64,000 nt of DNA from Candidatus Marinacidobacterales bacterium (GTDB taxonomy: Bacteria; Acidobacteriota; Vicinamibacteria; Marinacidobacterales; DATDRI01), in assembly GCA_965219415.1 (NCBI GenBank), contig CBDCNP010000002.1, forward strand, positions 5,536,001 through 5,600,000, read 5' to 3'. The notes beneath the pieces were generated by a model, which worked only from the letters and a program-made list of their open reading frames with translations, was not told the DNA's origin and ran no database searches. Made by a program: the position numbers and the translations under genes. Below, in pieces: positions 10,884-21,449 of this stretch; within the stretch, counting starts at the first letter, position 1, and each line of letters starts with the position of its first letter.

Positions 10884-11494
10884 ATCGCGGGCTCTTTTGC
10901 TCGTCAGCTCGCCGGCGACGACTTCGCCACTCTGCTCGTCGACACACAGATGGAGCTTGCGATAGTCCCTGCTCTTTTGTGCTCTGCGCAGCTGGCCGGC
11001 GTGGACAGCGAGACCGCTGCTGTCGAACAAGATGTGCAACGGCGTCTTCTGCTTGACTGGGTAGAAGGGGACCTTACCCAGCTTCGGCTTGCGCCTCGAG
11101 ATCGTGGTGTGATCGGGCACATCATTGTCTAGCTTCATCAGAGCGAACAACGACCGCAGCAATCCCTCGCTCTGCCTAGATGACAGATGAAACACCATGC
11201 CCAGGGTGACAGCCGTCTCGGATGGCGTGGTTCGAGTACTTGCGTTGACGGCCCGGTTTCCTCCTCCTTGGCCGGGGCGCGTCCCAGTTCACAAGCTTGC
11301 CGGCGGTGAGCGAGATCCAGACGGTCAGGCTCCCGCGGTTGCGTAGACCCGCCTCATATTCACGCCAATTCCTCACGCGATAGGCCTTCTTCACATACTT
11401 CCGCTGAGTGCGTTTGAAAATGCTCATGGGGAACCTCGTATCCGCGAGTACAGGACAATTGTGGACCGAGATCGCGAGTTTGTGCACCAAGGCA

Positions 11495-11624
11495 GGGGAA
11501 ACTTGTCCTCGCCGGGGATGGCTTCGCCGGCCGGGGGTCCATCCCCGCGTATGCGGGGGAAACGACCTTGCTCTCCTCTTCGATCTGGCGCAACACGGTC
11601 CATCCCCGCGCATGCGGGGGAAAC
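11495..11624 (-). CRISPR. Orphan type I-E-like CRISPR relic: 2 full 29-bp repeats, 1 partial repeat, 2 spacers of 32 bp
   Basis: Repeats 11535-11563 and 11596-11624 (minus strand GTTTCCCCCGCAT(A/G)CGCGGGGATGGACC(C/G)); partial GGGGAAAC ending 11502; exact 61-bp period. Confidence 0.88.
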
Positions 11625-11667
11625 CCGTCGTGTCCAAAAACACAAACGAACTCAAGACCCTTGCACC

Positions 11668-11761
11668 TGTGCTCCGCAAAAAATCGATCCGGCGTTGATT
11701 GCGCGTTTTAGACCTGCTATGTTCGGCTGCTTGTGGCCGATCTTCTTTTTTGCGGATCACA
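11668..11761. mobile_element. 94-bp MITE with C-type TGT...ACA ends
   Basis: TGTGCTCCGCAAAAAA ... TTTTTTGCGGATCACA inverted ends; left part repeated at 24396. Confidence 0.7.
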
Positions 11762-12145
11762 GGGGTCGGTCAGCTGGCTTTTCGTCAACTTGACTTGGCA
11801 GTACCCGTTGCGCCGCCCGTGCCTTCTTCTTCGTCGTCTCCGGAGCGTTCTCGGAGTAGCTGCGACCCAGCGCCTCCGTCAACTACTGCCAGGATACTTC
11901 CCAGTTGTAGAGCTGCGCGCCAATGGAGCGTAAGCGCTTTTTTCAAAGGGATGCGTACACATCACCAACAGTAAACAGCGCAAGCACTGCGGCCGGGCTG
12001 GATCCGGCGATCCGGGCAACCGACGCGTTCCCTTGCCTTGCTTCGACCTGAGTCGTATCCTCGTCACGGGTCGCAATCCAACGACGACGACGGACACCAT
12101 GCATAAAGCACTCGATCCTCTTTTCCCGGCTGCGGAGAGACCCCA

Positions 12146-14131
12146 GTGCCCGAGCGCGTTCTCGTTCTAGTCGGAAGCGAGCATCTTGGCAAGGATGAGC
12201 TCTCGTTTCTGGGTCGATGTGCGTCCCGCGGAGCCCGGGTGGTGGCTTGGCAACACCCTATCGTCGGACAGGATCGATTCCCGAGCCCTGACATCGCAAG
12301 GTACCTTCAGGCTTTGGGCATCGAGGCGACTCCACTGCCGGTTGCGCTGGGCGAGCCTGTCAACACGGAAGTAGAGGAAGCGGTCATCGCATGGATGAAG
12401 CGCCTCGGACGCACCCCACTCGGTCCTTCAGGCAGCTTTCGAAGCACCTTCCGGTATGGGGAACGCTCGCTCTGGTGGTGGGTGGAACTCTGGTTGTACT
12501 ACGACACCGAGCTTCGGCTCCACGTGAGGGACATCGAGGCTCTCGCTCGCCTTCTGGAACACGAGACTCCGGATCGCGTGGTGGTCGTGGGAGATGTCCG
12601 GCAGCTCGCTAAAGTGGTCCGCGATCTCGCAAAGAAAAGTGAGGTTCAATCCGCCGTACGGGCACTAGGACCGAGTCGGCCTCGCCCCAGCTTCAGCTTC
12701 TTGTCGGAACTCGCCAAACTGATCGGCGCGGGCGGGACGTCGTTGCTCTGTAAGCGCTCGGCGCCCACCGAGTCGAAGGGGCTCCGTGTCCTCTGTCTGA
12801 CGCACGCCTCGATGTGGCGGGAGAGGCGGGATCCAGAGACCAAAGCAACGGAAGCGGTCGAGATGTACTTCGACCAAATCATCCCGAGCCTCAGAGCGGA
12901 AGGTAACGCCTTGCGCATCGTCGGCGTGGGGCCGCCCGTACCGCTCAAGCACCGTACGTTTTCACGGAAACTTCGCGAGCTGGCGAAGCTCGACACGCGT
13001 GGTCTCCCCTACATCCCACTCGGGACCTACCTCACACCCAGAGTGGCTTTGAAAGCGGCGCAAGCTTACTTCCACTCCTGGAGGTGCCTGCGTCGTTTCG
13101 AGCGCCTGCCCGATCTCAAGAACGCTTTCTCTCATCGCGGAATCGAGCTGACGAGCGTTGGAAGCGCGGCAATGCGTGACGCCTTCTTGCGCCTCGTGCC
13201 GTGGGCGTTGCGTTCCTTCGAGCAGGTCCGGGCTATGCTGGAGGTCGAGAGACCGAACATCATCGTCCTTTACGCCGAGTCGACCGCCCTTGGACGGGCG
13301 GTGGTGGCCGCCGCTTCCGATGCAGGTGTTCCATCCCTTGCTATTCAGCACGGCATCATGTATCCGCGCTACTACTCCCACGAGCACGCTTCTGACGAAG
13401 TAAGGGCGTCGTATGGCGGGACCGACTCTGTACCATTGCCGGATCGTACGGCCGTCTTCGGTCGCATGGCCCGAGACGTGCTGATCGAGCGGGGGCACTA
13501 TCCGCCAGAAAAGATCGTCATCACCGGAAGTCCGAAGTTCGACGTTCTGCTCCGAGCCGGGCGCACTTTGAGGCGTGAGGAAGTCCGCGCACGACTGGGG
13601 CTCGACGCCACCGCGAAAATGCTCATCGTCGCATCCCGTTTTTCATCGATCGGACCCGTGTTCGGAGATCTCCTCAGGGCGGCGAAAGGGGTGCCCGGAC
13701 TCTGGCTGCTGGTGAAACCTCATCAAGCGGAAGGCAGGGAGTCCTATCGGAAGATCGCGGAGCAGGAGGCCTCGTCTCGGGTCCGCGTTCTCTCCTCCTC
13801 CGCGAACCTCCTAGAGCTCATCGTGGCATCGGATGGGCTGATTACCGTGGACTCTTTTGCTTCCTCCGAAGCACTCATCCTTGGCCGGCCGGTTCTCATC
13901 GTCAACCTACCCAACAACCTCGAGATGCTCGTGGACAAAGAGCTGGCCAAAGGCGTTTACCGGGGCCAGGACATGACCACACCCATCCGCCAGCTTCTAG
14001 ACCCAAACGAGCTCGCGAAACTGAAGGTGAGGCTCGGTCGGCTTCGGGATGAGTTTGCTTACGGAGCGGATGGCGGCTCGACAGAGAGAATCCTCCAGGC
14101 GGTCTATGCGGTAGCGAGTCGAAAGCGTTAA
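12146..14131 (+). CDS. GT-B glycosyltransferase-like surface polysaccharide protein (CDP-glycerol glycerophosphotransferase / capsule biosynthesis-like)
   Basis: 661 aa; IQHG, TGSPKFD, VKPHQAE, SSEALILGRPV, DGGSTERI motifs. Confidence 0.75.
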   Translation: MPERVLVLVGSEHLGKDELSFLGRCASRGARVVAWQHPIVGQDRFPSPDIARYLQALGIEATPLPVALGEPVNTEVEEAVIAWMKRLGRTPLGPSGSFRSTFRYGERSLWWWVELWLYYDTELRLHVRDIEALARLLEHETPDRVVVVGDVRQLAKVVRDLAKKSEVQSAVRALGPSRPRPSFSFLSELAKLIGAGGTSLLCKRSAPTESKGLRVLCLTHASMWRERRDPETKATEAVEMYFDQIIPSLRAEGNALRIVGVGPPVPLKHRTFSRKLRELAKLDTRGLPYIPLGTYLTPRVALKAAQAYFHSWRCLRRFERLPDLKNAFSHRGIELTSVGSAAMRDAFLRLVPWALRSFEQVRAMLEVERPNIIVLYAESTALGRAVVAAASDAGVPSLAIQHGIMYPRYYSHEHASDEVRASYGGTDSVPLPDRTAVFGRMARDVLIERGHYPPEKIVITGSPKFDVLLRAGRTLRREEVRARLGLDATAKMLIVASRFSSIGPVFGDLLRAAKGVPGLWLLVKPHQAEGRESYRKIAEQEASSRVRVLSSSANLLELIVASDGLITVDSFASSEALILGRPVLIVNLPNNLEMLVDKELAKGVYRGQDMTTPIRQLLDPNELAKLKVRLGRLRDEFAYGADGGSTERILQAVYAVASRKR

Positions 14132-14138
14132 TAAAGCA

Positions 14139-15571
14139 CCCGTCCTGTGCCAAAACTCGGCCCTTTTGAAATAGGCCATAAATCAGCAACTTAGTGTCTG
14201 TGTTTGCGACCGGGCCAAGGGCCGTGGGCTTTACAATCGTCTTGGGCGGGCGGGTCGTCACCATGCAGATGACCTCCTAGTCGAGAGCGAATATCGAAGC
14301 GTGTTCCTGAAGCGGTTTCCACGCTACGCCGGTCGAGCCCGCCGAGGGGCTACCGTCGCCGGCGACCATCTACGCGGCACGGCAGTAGTAGTTGAGAATG
14401 CCCCCAAGTCGCTCTCGCGACACGATGGGGCTAGTGTCATTCGCGCTTGCCGGCAGAGGTGTGAGGAGCTCGTTGCCGAGACCTTGGTGGTTCCGTTCTG
14501 TGTGATAGTGCACTACGTATTCGGTTACCGCTGTGCGCAGGTATCGCTCACTGAGAGGTACGAAGCGGTCGAGACACTCTCGACGTATGGAGAGAACGAA
14601 TCTTTCCGCATATGCGTTCAGATTCGGACTATTAGCGGGAAGGCGAAGGGGCTTCACGCCTGAATCTCTCAACAGCCCACGTACCGCCTCGGTGAATAGC
14701 GGGTCCCGGTCGTGGATGAGGTATCGCTTGCCAAGGAGGAAACCATCCCACAGGTCAGTGAGGTTTCTTGCCACCTGCTTCATCCACTCCCCGTTTGGGT
14801 CCGACGTTATCCCACCGATGCACACGCAGCGAGTGGCGATATCGATGACAAACAGGACATGGTAGCGGACGAGCCCGAACGGGTTCACCACCTCGACGGG
14901 GAACAGGTCTGTCGCAGCGATGGCGCCCCAATGAGCCTTGATGAAGGTGCTCCACGACATGCTCCTGCCCCGCTCCGGCGCAGGAGCGATACCGTGGTCG
15001 GCGAGGATCCTCTTGATAGTGTTGCGTCCGAGTTCATGTCCTAGGTTCTTGAGTGCGCCTCGCAGGCGCGTATATCCCCACGTCGGGTTCTCCTGCGCCA
15101 CGCGCACAATGAGCTCACGGATGTCCTTCGCCGTCGGAGGTCGGCCTGGACTCCGGTTCTTGCTGCCATCGTACTTGGCTGCGATGAGGTGACGGTACCA
15201 GCGCACAAGCGTAGCGGGTGTGGCAACGGACGCAATCTGGGCCAGCGCCTCGCGGCCCAAAGCCTGGGCCTTGACCGCGAGCCTGCGCCGCTCGTCGTCC
15301 GAGAGACTGAGACGCTTGCCCCGAAGCCCGGCTCGGAGCACACGGTTCTCCTCTTGCAGGTAGTCGATCACATCCTGCTGCTGGCGGTTGACCCCGCCAG
15401 CTAGAACGAGCAGTAGGAATTGCACGTGGTACGTCATCATGGATCTGAAGATAACACCCTCGGGCCAGACGATTGTAAAGCCTACGGCCCTTGGCCCCGG
15501 CGCAAACACAGACACTAAGCTGCTGATTTATGGCCTATTTCAAAAGGGCCGAGTTTTGGCACAGGACGGGG
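14139..15571 (-). mobile_element. Complete 'A-type' integrase-core element with ~104-bp terminal inverted repeats
   Basis: 14139-14242 and 15467-15570 are near-perfect inverted copies starting CCCGTCCTGTGCCAAAACTCGG; single transposase ORF; no TSD visible. Confidence 0.88.
14370..15440 (-). CDS. rve integrase-core (DDE) transposase
   Basis: [25 protein letters not shown] / IHDRD / YAERFV; ATG 7 bp after extended -10 TGTTATCTT. Confidence 0.88.
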   Translation of the reverse strand: MMTYHVQFLLLVLAGGVNRQQQDVIDYLQEENRVLRAGLRGKRLSLSDDERRRLAVKAQALGREALAQIASVATPATLVRWYRHLIAAKYDGSKNRSPGRPPTAKDIRELIVRVAQENPTWGYTRLRGALKNLGHELGRNTIKRILADHGIAPAPERGRSMSWSTFIKAHWGAIAATDLFPVEVVNPFGLVRYHVLFVIDIATRCVCIGGITSDPNGEWMKQVARNLTDLWDGFLLGKRYLIHDRDPLFTEAVRGLLRDSGVKPLRLPANSPNLNAYAERFVLSIRRECLDRFVPLSERYLRTAVTEYVVHYHTERNHQGLGNELLTPLPASANDTSPIVSRERLGGILNYYCRAA

Positions 15572-15657
15572 ACAGCACGAGCGTCGTTACTTTCGACACC
15601 CTGAAAGCCAGCCGAAAACTCAAGGCTCGCTCGTCGTCCGTGAGACAAAGCTTCCTC

Positions 15658-16916
15658 TGGGCTTGATCCAGTTTCGTGGACACTTTCTGAAAGGCGGATA
15701 CGATGTCCACAATGGCAAAGACAACGCAGCCCCGGCGACCCCGCCGGGAGTTTGATGACGAGTTTAAGGCAGGCGCGGTCCGGCTGGTGCTTGATGAGGG
15801 CCAGAGCGTGGGTCGGGTGGCCCGGGAGCTTGACCTCACCGAATCGGCGTTTCGCAACTGGGTCCGTCAGGCCCGGGCCGATCGGACGAAGGGCCGGACG
15901 GGCTTGACGGGCGTGGAACGCGAGGAGCTTCGGCGGCTCCGCAAAGAGAATCGGCGGTTGCGGGTGGAGCGCGACGTTTTAAAAAAAGCCGCGGCCTTCT
16001 TCGCGAAGGAGAGCGAGTAAGATTCGCGTTCATCCAGGCGGAGAAGGCCACCGTACCGGTCGTTCACCTGTGTCAGATTCTCAACGTCTCTCGGAGTGGC
16101 TTTTATGCCTGGGTACGTCGGCCGCCGTCGGCCCACGCGCGCCGGGACCGCCAGTTGCGCGTGTTGATTCGTGCCTCCCATGAGGCGAGTCGCCGCACCT
16201 ATGGGAGTCCGCGGATTTATCACGACCTGCACGAGCAGGGGTATCGAGTGAGTCGGGAAGCGGGTGATTCGGTTGAAACAGGCAGAAGGCCTCATTGCTC
16301 GAGTACGCAAACGCCTTCAAGCGCACGACGGTAAGCGGTCATGGCCAGCCCGTCGCGGCCAATGTGCTCGGGCAAGACTTCGTCGCCGATGCGCCGAACC
16401 AACGGTGGGTCGGGGACACGACCGAGTTCGTGATCGGCAGCGGCGGGAAGCTTTATCTCGCGGCGCTCCTCGACCTCTACTCGCGATTCCTCGTTGGGTG
16501 GGCCGTAAGTGCTATTAACGACCGTCACCTGGTTATCAAGGCGTTGCGGATGGCACTGAAACGTCGCCAACCGGCCGCGGGGCTCTTGCATCACTCCGAT
16601 CAGGGCAGTCCGTATGCCAGCAAAGACTACCAACGTCTCCTTGAGACGCATGGCATGACCGGGAGCATGAGCCGACGGGGCAACTGCTACGACAACGCCG
16701 TCATCGAGAGCTGGTTCTCCACGGTCAAGCACGAGCTTGGGGAGCATTTCCTCAGTTGCGGCGAGGCCAAGATGGCCCTCTTCGACTTCATCGAGGTATT
16801 CTACAACCAGAGACGACGACACTCGACCCTCGGCCAGGTCAGTCCGGCCGAGTTTGAACGACGGATGAGGACTTCGCCAGCTTAACTAAACCGTCTACGA
16901 AACCGGATCAAGCCCA
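15658..16916 (+). mobile_element. IS3-family element (orfA 15703-16020; orfB ~16017-16885 with an extra 1-bp frameshift)
   Basis: IRs TGGGCTTGATCC(A/G)GTTTCGT; A7G slippery site; near-identical to 31914-33172; no TSD here. Confidence 0.93.
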
Positions 16917-16926
16917 GTGGTCTACC

Positions 16927-18480
16927 TTAAAGCGTTGCGATGAGGGCGCGCTGTTTCTCCCAATCGTCGGGGAGTGGATGATGCAAGAGGTAGCTCGAGG
17001 TCAGCCCAACGGGCTGGCGGCCGTCGACAATGGTGCGGACGATGTCGGGCGCCAGAAAGGCATAACGGATTGCCTTGCGCACGCGGGCCTTTGGGATGGC
17101 GTCTTCGGTGGCAATCTCCTCATAGGTTTTGCCCGCTTTGATTCGGTCGAGCCAGGAGAGGGCATTGGCGATATTGCGCAGGAGGGTGCGGTCAACGGAT
17201 TTCGTGGGGTTGCCCAGAACGAGCTTGGTCTCGACGCCGCGTCGACGCAAGCGGAACGGCGCGTGGATGCGGAGTGCGTCCTCGCGAATGCGATCTGGCT
17301 CCATAGACAGGCAAGCAGCGAACGCATCTCGGTCGAGCAGGATGGACACAGAGCCGGGGCTGATATCGACCCGCCGGATGAAACGGAGCAGGCTGGCTGC
17401 CAAGGCACTATCATCATCATCATCACTATTGCTACCTGGACACAGCCCGTCTAGAACGTGACGCACCGAGGCGAGTTCCTGTATCGTCGGAGTGTGGATC
17501 AGCGAGGCCGAGAAGGTCGGTGCCCCCACATGCTGTTGGACGAGATGTACGACGGTCCGTTCCAGCGTGGGTGCGGGCAGACGCCAACCGGAGAGGTCCT
17601 TGTTGCCACTGTGCTGGATGAGGCGCCGGGAGACGTAGTACCGGAACCGTTGCCCGCTCTTCTTTTTCGTATGGCTCGGCGTCAGCCGGTCCCTGGTCTC
17701 ATCGAAGAGCTTGCCGGCGAGAGGGGAGGGAGCTGCAAGGCCCTTGGTCGTGCGTTTCCTCGGTTTGGTAGCCCCTGTCTGCAGCTGCGTCTGGACCGCG
17801 CTCCAGAGCTCGGGAGCGATGATCGGTGGATGCTGGCCCGGGTAGACACGCCTCTGGTGCCGGATGCGGCCGGCGTAGAGCGGATTGGTCAGCAGGCAGT
17901 GGAGGTGCCCGCGGCGGAACGGTAGACCGCCTGTCCGCGTTCCATCAGCGGCAAGCCGTTGCTTGGTTCGCAGTCCCAGACGATCCGCTTCGGCCTTCAC
18001 CTGCCGGAGCGTTCCGTGCTTTCGGTACAGCGCATAGAGAGTCTGGACCGTTTCGGCCTCAGCCTCGTTGATGCGCAGCGTGCGCCCGTCCTGCTCGTAG
18101 CCGAGCGGTACATGGCCGCCCATCCATAGTCCCTTGCGCTTGGAGGCAGCAACCTTATCGCGGATCCGCTCAGCCGTTCGACGAGCTTCGCAAAGTCGGA
18201 GAGGGAACGGGTCAGCCGGTCGACCTTGTAGACCACCACCTGCTCGACGAGACCGGCATCGATGTCGGCGAGCAAGCGCTGCAGGCCCGGGCGCTCCAGG
18301 GTTCCTCCCGAGATCCCCGCGTCCTCGTAGACAGTTGGCAGCAGCACCCAGTCCTCTGCCTTGTGGCTCGCGACATATGCGGTGCAGGCCTCCCGCTGTG
18401 CATCGAGGGGAGTTGAAATCCTGTTCGAGACCCTCTTCAGCGCTCTTTCGGGTATAGATGGCGCAGCAGATTTTCGTCAT
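16927..18480 (-). pseudogene. Large serine recombinase, frameshifted and internally deleted
   Basis: CAIYTRKS, DAGISGGTLERPGLQRL, VVVYKVDRLTRS in shifting frames; FVSVTQ-type segment missing; recombinase domain downstream. Confidence 0.85.
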
Positions 18481-18481
18481 G

Positions 18482-18913
18482 TCAGGCCTTGCGCTTGGGC
18501 GTCAGACCGAAAAAGCGTGGTCCTGACCAGTGTGTGCCGGTGATTCGCTTTGTGATGGTGGTGAGGGACGGGTAGGTTTTGCCGTCGAACCGATAGCCGT
18601 TATCGAGTACCTCGACCTGGTAGGTGCGGCCATTCCACTCGCGGACGAGATGGGTGCCGGGAGAAACGGACCCTGCGGAAGGGGCGGGGCTTGGTGTGCC
18701 GTTCGCCATGGCGGCCAGGGTGCGCCGGGTTGCGGCCGAATGCCCGCCATAGGTCCGGCACTGGCGTTCGTACGCAAGAACACGGCGCAGGAGAGCGCGT
18801 GAGAGCGAGCTTGGCGGAGCAGCCCCGAAGGTCTGCTCCCAGGCCCGCCGCAGGCTAGGGAGGTTCAAACCGTCCAGAACGACCCTCCGGCCAACTCTTG
18901 TATCCTTCGGCAT
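18482..18913 (-). CDS. DUF2924 domain protein
   Basis: PGTHLVREWNG...YPSLTTITKRITGTHWSGPRFFGL; usual partner upstream of the recombinase. Confidence 0.9.
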   Translation of the reverse strand: MPKDTRVGRRVVLDGLNLPSLRRAWEQTFGAAPPSSLSRALLRRVLAYERQCRTYGGHSAATRRTLAAMANGTPSPAPSAGSVSPGTHLVREWNGRTYQVEVLDNGYRFDGKTYPSLTTITKRITGTHWSGPRFFGLTPKRKA

Positions 18914-18979
18914 CACCGAACGTTCGCTCTTTCGCCAGGTAAAGTCCAGTCCAATGGGGACTTCCGGGGTGCGCAGGTC

Positions 18980-19184
18980 GCTGCCTGCAGCTCGCCCCAC
19001 AGCCGATTTGAGCCAGCCGTGCGCACCACCCCCGGTGGGCCTGTCGCCCGCCACCCGCAGCCCAGGGGTCGGAAGCCAGCCCTGCGGCTCGAAATACCCC
19101 GGATTCTTCGCGGATTCCAAGGGCGTCTAAGCTGCTGATTTGTGGTCTATTTCAAAAGGGCCGAGTTTTGGCACAGGACGGGGG
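18980..19184 (-). repeat. A-type terminus plus ~150-bp subterminal segment
   Basis: Inverted homologue at 22009-22210; part also at ~6580-6640 upstream of the 5597-6568 transposase. Confidence 0.8.
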
Positions 19185-19590
19185 CAACATTTCCGATCGG
19201 CTCCAAGAGTCGTTGCGTGTTGTACCAATGCACCCACTTGAGGGTGGCGAACTCGACGTCCTCAGGACCACGCCAGGGCCCGCGTCGACGGGTCACCTCT
19301 GTCTTGTAGAGGCCGATGATGGATTCAGCCAAAGCGTTATCGTAAGAGTCGCCTCGGCTGCCGACGGACGGCTCAATGCCCGCCTCGGCGAGCCGCTCGG
19401 TGTAACGGATCGAGACGTACTGCACGCCGCGATCGCTGTGATGCACCAACGAATGTTCTGGGTTTAGTCGGCGCTCGTGCAGCGCCTGCTCCAACGCATC
19501 GAGAGCGATGCCGGCAGTCAACGATGTTGTCGCTCGCCAACCGACGATGAGTCGAGCGAAGACGTCGAAGACGTCGAAGACGAAGGCGAG
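19185..19590 (-). pseudogene. IS3 orfB fragment (sister of ~4790-5190)
   Basis: [26 protein letters not shown]; 9-bp tandem GAAGACGTC near its 5' junction. Confidence 0.85.
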
Positions 19591-19621
19591 GAGGCGCGCC
19601 AGTCCGCATTCCAGGGATTGA

Positions 19622-20395
19622 CTATCCTGCTTGTGACGACAGCAGCCTCAGGGGAGCGGGATCGCATTTCACATCTCGCGTCGCGACGATCGGTCCTTGG
19701 CGACTCCATCCATTTAGTTCGATGACGATCGTGCGCCCACTCGGGTTGCTGGGACGGAGCTTCCTGGAAAGAAGGCCTCCGAAACGACCATCGTGCGTAG
19801 ACACAAAGAGCTGCCTCCGATCCTTGGTGCGCCGGAGGAGATCGACCAATCCTAGCAAATGGATGTCATCGAAGCTCTGCAACGGATCATCCAGTATCGC
19901 GGCCGACAGTGGTAACTTCGGGACTCCGATGTTCAGCGTAAGAAAGACTGAGACTGCAAGAGCATTCATTTGCGAACTGGATAAGACAGCCGCAGGAAAG
20001 TCGCACTCTTTCTCCGCAAGCGGATCTTTTACGACAGTGTGCAGCTCCCCTTTGCCTCTAACAACTTGAGAGAGTAACGTGACGAAACCAAACGACGGGT
20101 GCGGGTCGATCCTCGCGTAGATGCTTTGGAGCAATGGGCCGATTTCGCCAAGCCGCTCCTTCACGACTGCTGACGCTGCCTCGCGCAATGCCTCGATGAT
20201 ATTCTGCGCGCGCTCTCCCGTCTGATCTCGAGCTGAGATAAACTTCTCGCAGTCGGCCTTCTCGCGCCTGAGCGTCTCCGCCTCGATTCGGATTAGGAGT
20301 GTCTACGCTTGGTTGGCAATAGGAGCTATCGCAGAGCCAGTGCCGCGTCGGCTGGTCTCTGCAAATTTCGAGAACGCCTCCAGGATTCGAGCTTT
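19622..20395 (-). pseudogene. C-terminal fragment of a Rad50/SMC-type ABC ATPase
   Basis: LSSSQ signature, ILDDPLQSFD Walker B/D-loop, VSTHD H-loop; no Walker A half. Confidence 0.8.
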
Positions 20396-20695
20396 CGGGC
20401 TCCGTTCGTGTTTTTGGACACGACGGCGTCGAACTCGACGTACTATTTGCACCATACGAGCTTTGCACCTCGGTCTAGCTCACCGGCGTACACTTAAGCT
20501 GTTGATTTATGGTCCATTTCAAAAGCGCCGAGTTTTGGCACAGGACGCCATCATAGGCAGATCTCGCGCTCAACCAAGAGCGGTGCAACAACGCCGCTCC
20601 CTGGAAAGGATGCCGATGCTCGTTTGTCGGGCCCGTTTCGACCGGAATATTCCGGACTCGCGACGATCTCGGAGCGGCCGTACTATAAAGGCAGG

Positions 20696-21301
20696 ATGGC
20701 CGAGGAGCCGATGGAACGCGTCGCCCGGTTCTTGGACCGGGGACAATTCGGTGACGCGCTGCGGTCCGCGGAAGAAGCGGTCGGTAGGGTGCCGGAAAGC
20801 GCGCGGTCTCACTACGCGCTCGGCCTCGTCCTCACTCAGTTAGACCGTATTCCCGAAGCCGATCGCTCTTTTGCTCGCGCCGCTGAGCTCGACCCGGAGT
20901 ACGTCCTTCCTTGTCGCCTGGAGCGTTCAGAGTTCGAGAGTGTGGTGGAAGGGGTCTTGGCGTCGTTGCCGACCGAGTTCGCAAGCTATCTGCAGAACGT
21001 GGAGGTCGCGGTGGAGGCGGTGCCGGGTCGAGACATTCTTCAAGAGGCAGACATCGAGCACGACCTCCTCGGCTTCTATCAAGGCGAGACGATTCAGAAT
21101 AGTGAGTGGGGTCTTCCCGGCCGGATTGTCCTTTATCAGAGAAACTTGGAGAATATCTCGTCCGATCGCGTGAGCCTGATCAGAGAAGTTCGGGACACCG
21201 TCTTGCACGAGGTGGGCCACCACCTCGGGATGGAGGAGGATCAGCTCGAGGAAATCGAAAAGGAGTTCGATGAACTGGATGATAAGGGATCGAGCTCTTA
21301 A
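20696..21301 (+). CDS. TPR + zincin-like metallopeptidase (Zincin_1/DUF1025-type)
   Basis: N-terminal TPR pair; LLGFYQG, RIVLYQRN, HEVGHHLG; TATAAA 6 bp before ATG. Confidence 0.85.
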   Translation: MAEEPMERVARFLDRGQFGDALRSAEEAVGRVPESARSHYALGLVLTQLDRIPEADRSFARAAELDPEYVLPCRLERSEFESVVEGVLASLPTEFASYLQNVEVAVEAVPGRDILQEADIEHDLLGFYQGETIQNSEWGLPGRIVLYQRNLENISSDRVSLIREVRDTVLHEVGHHLGMEEDQLEEIEKEFDELDDKGSSS

Positions 21302-21315
21302 TCACTATTGACCTC

Positions 21316-21449
21316 CCGTCGTGTCCAAAAATACAAACGACAAACGAACTCAAGACCCTTATGCCGCGTTGGCCCGGTCGCAAACACAGACACTAAGCTG
21401 CTGATTTATGGGCTATTTCAAAAGGGCTGAGTTCTGGCACACGACGGGG
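21316..21449. mobile_element. ~130-bp hybrid MITE (B end + A end)
   Basis: CGTCGTGTCCAAAAA ... TTCTGGCACACGACG; equivalents at 54002-54127 and 58320-58445. Confidence 0.8.

Larger units (their letters stand above)
8996..11494 (-). mobile_element. IS5-family (IS903-like) element, frameshifted and interrupted by IS256
   Basis: IRs TGCCTTGGTG(G)CACAA at 8996 and 11494; transposase pieces YRVRNWREYEAGLRNRGSLTVW (start 11427), PDHTTISRR, DSSGL, YSKRSKVETTF. Confidence 0.88.

Noticed and set aside
11495-11660. CRISPR-associated transposon
   Set aside because: No cas, tniQ or tnsC genes near the array; adjacency to element ends is better explained by truncation.
15572-15657. DUF1640-like peptide TFDTLKASRKLKA
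   Set aside because: Under 20 codons, lying between an A end and a transposase scrap; too short to call.
17001-17426. ORF starting MMMMM / ATC triplet repeat
   Set aside because: Off-frame reading of an Asp run (DDDDD) in the recombinase.
19147-19184. Recurring peptides in the ORF track (VLCQNSALLK, YFKRAEFWHRT, GRVLAQDG, LVMCTHPF) as a shared protein motif
   Set aside because: They are translations of the repeated A-type end and the 166-bp MITE, not real protein domains.
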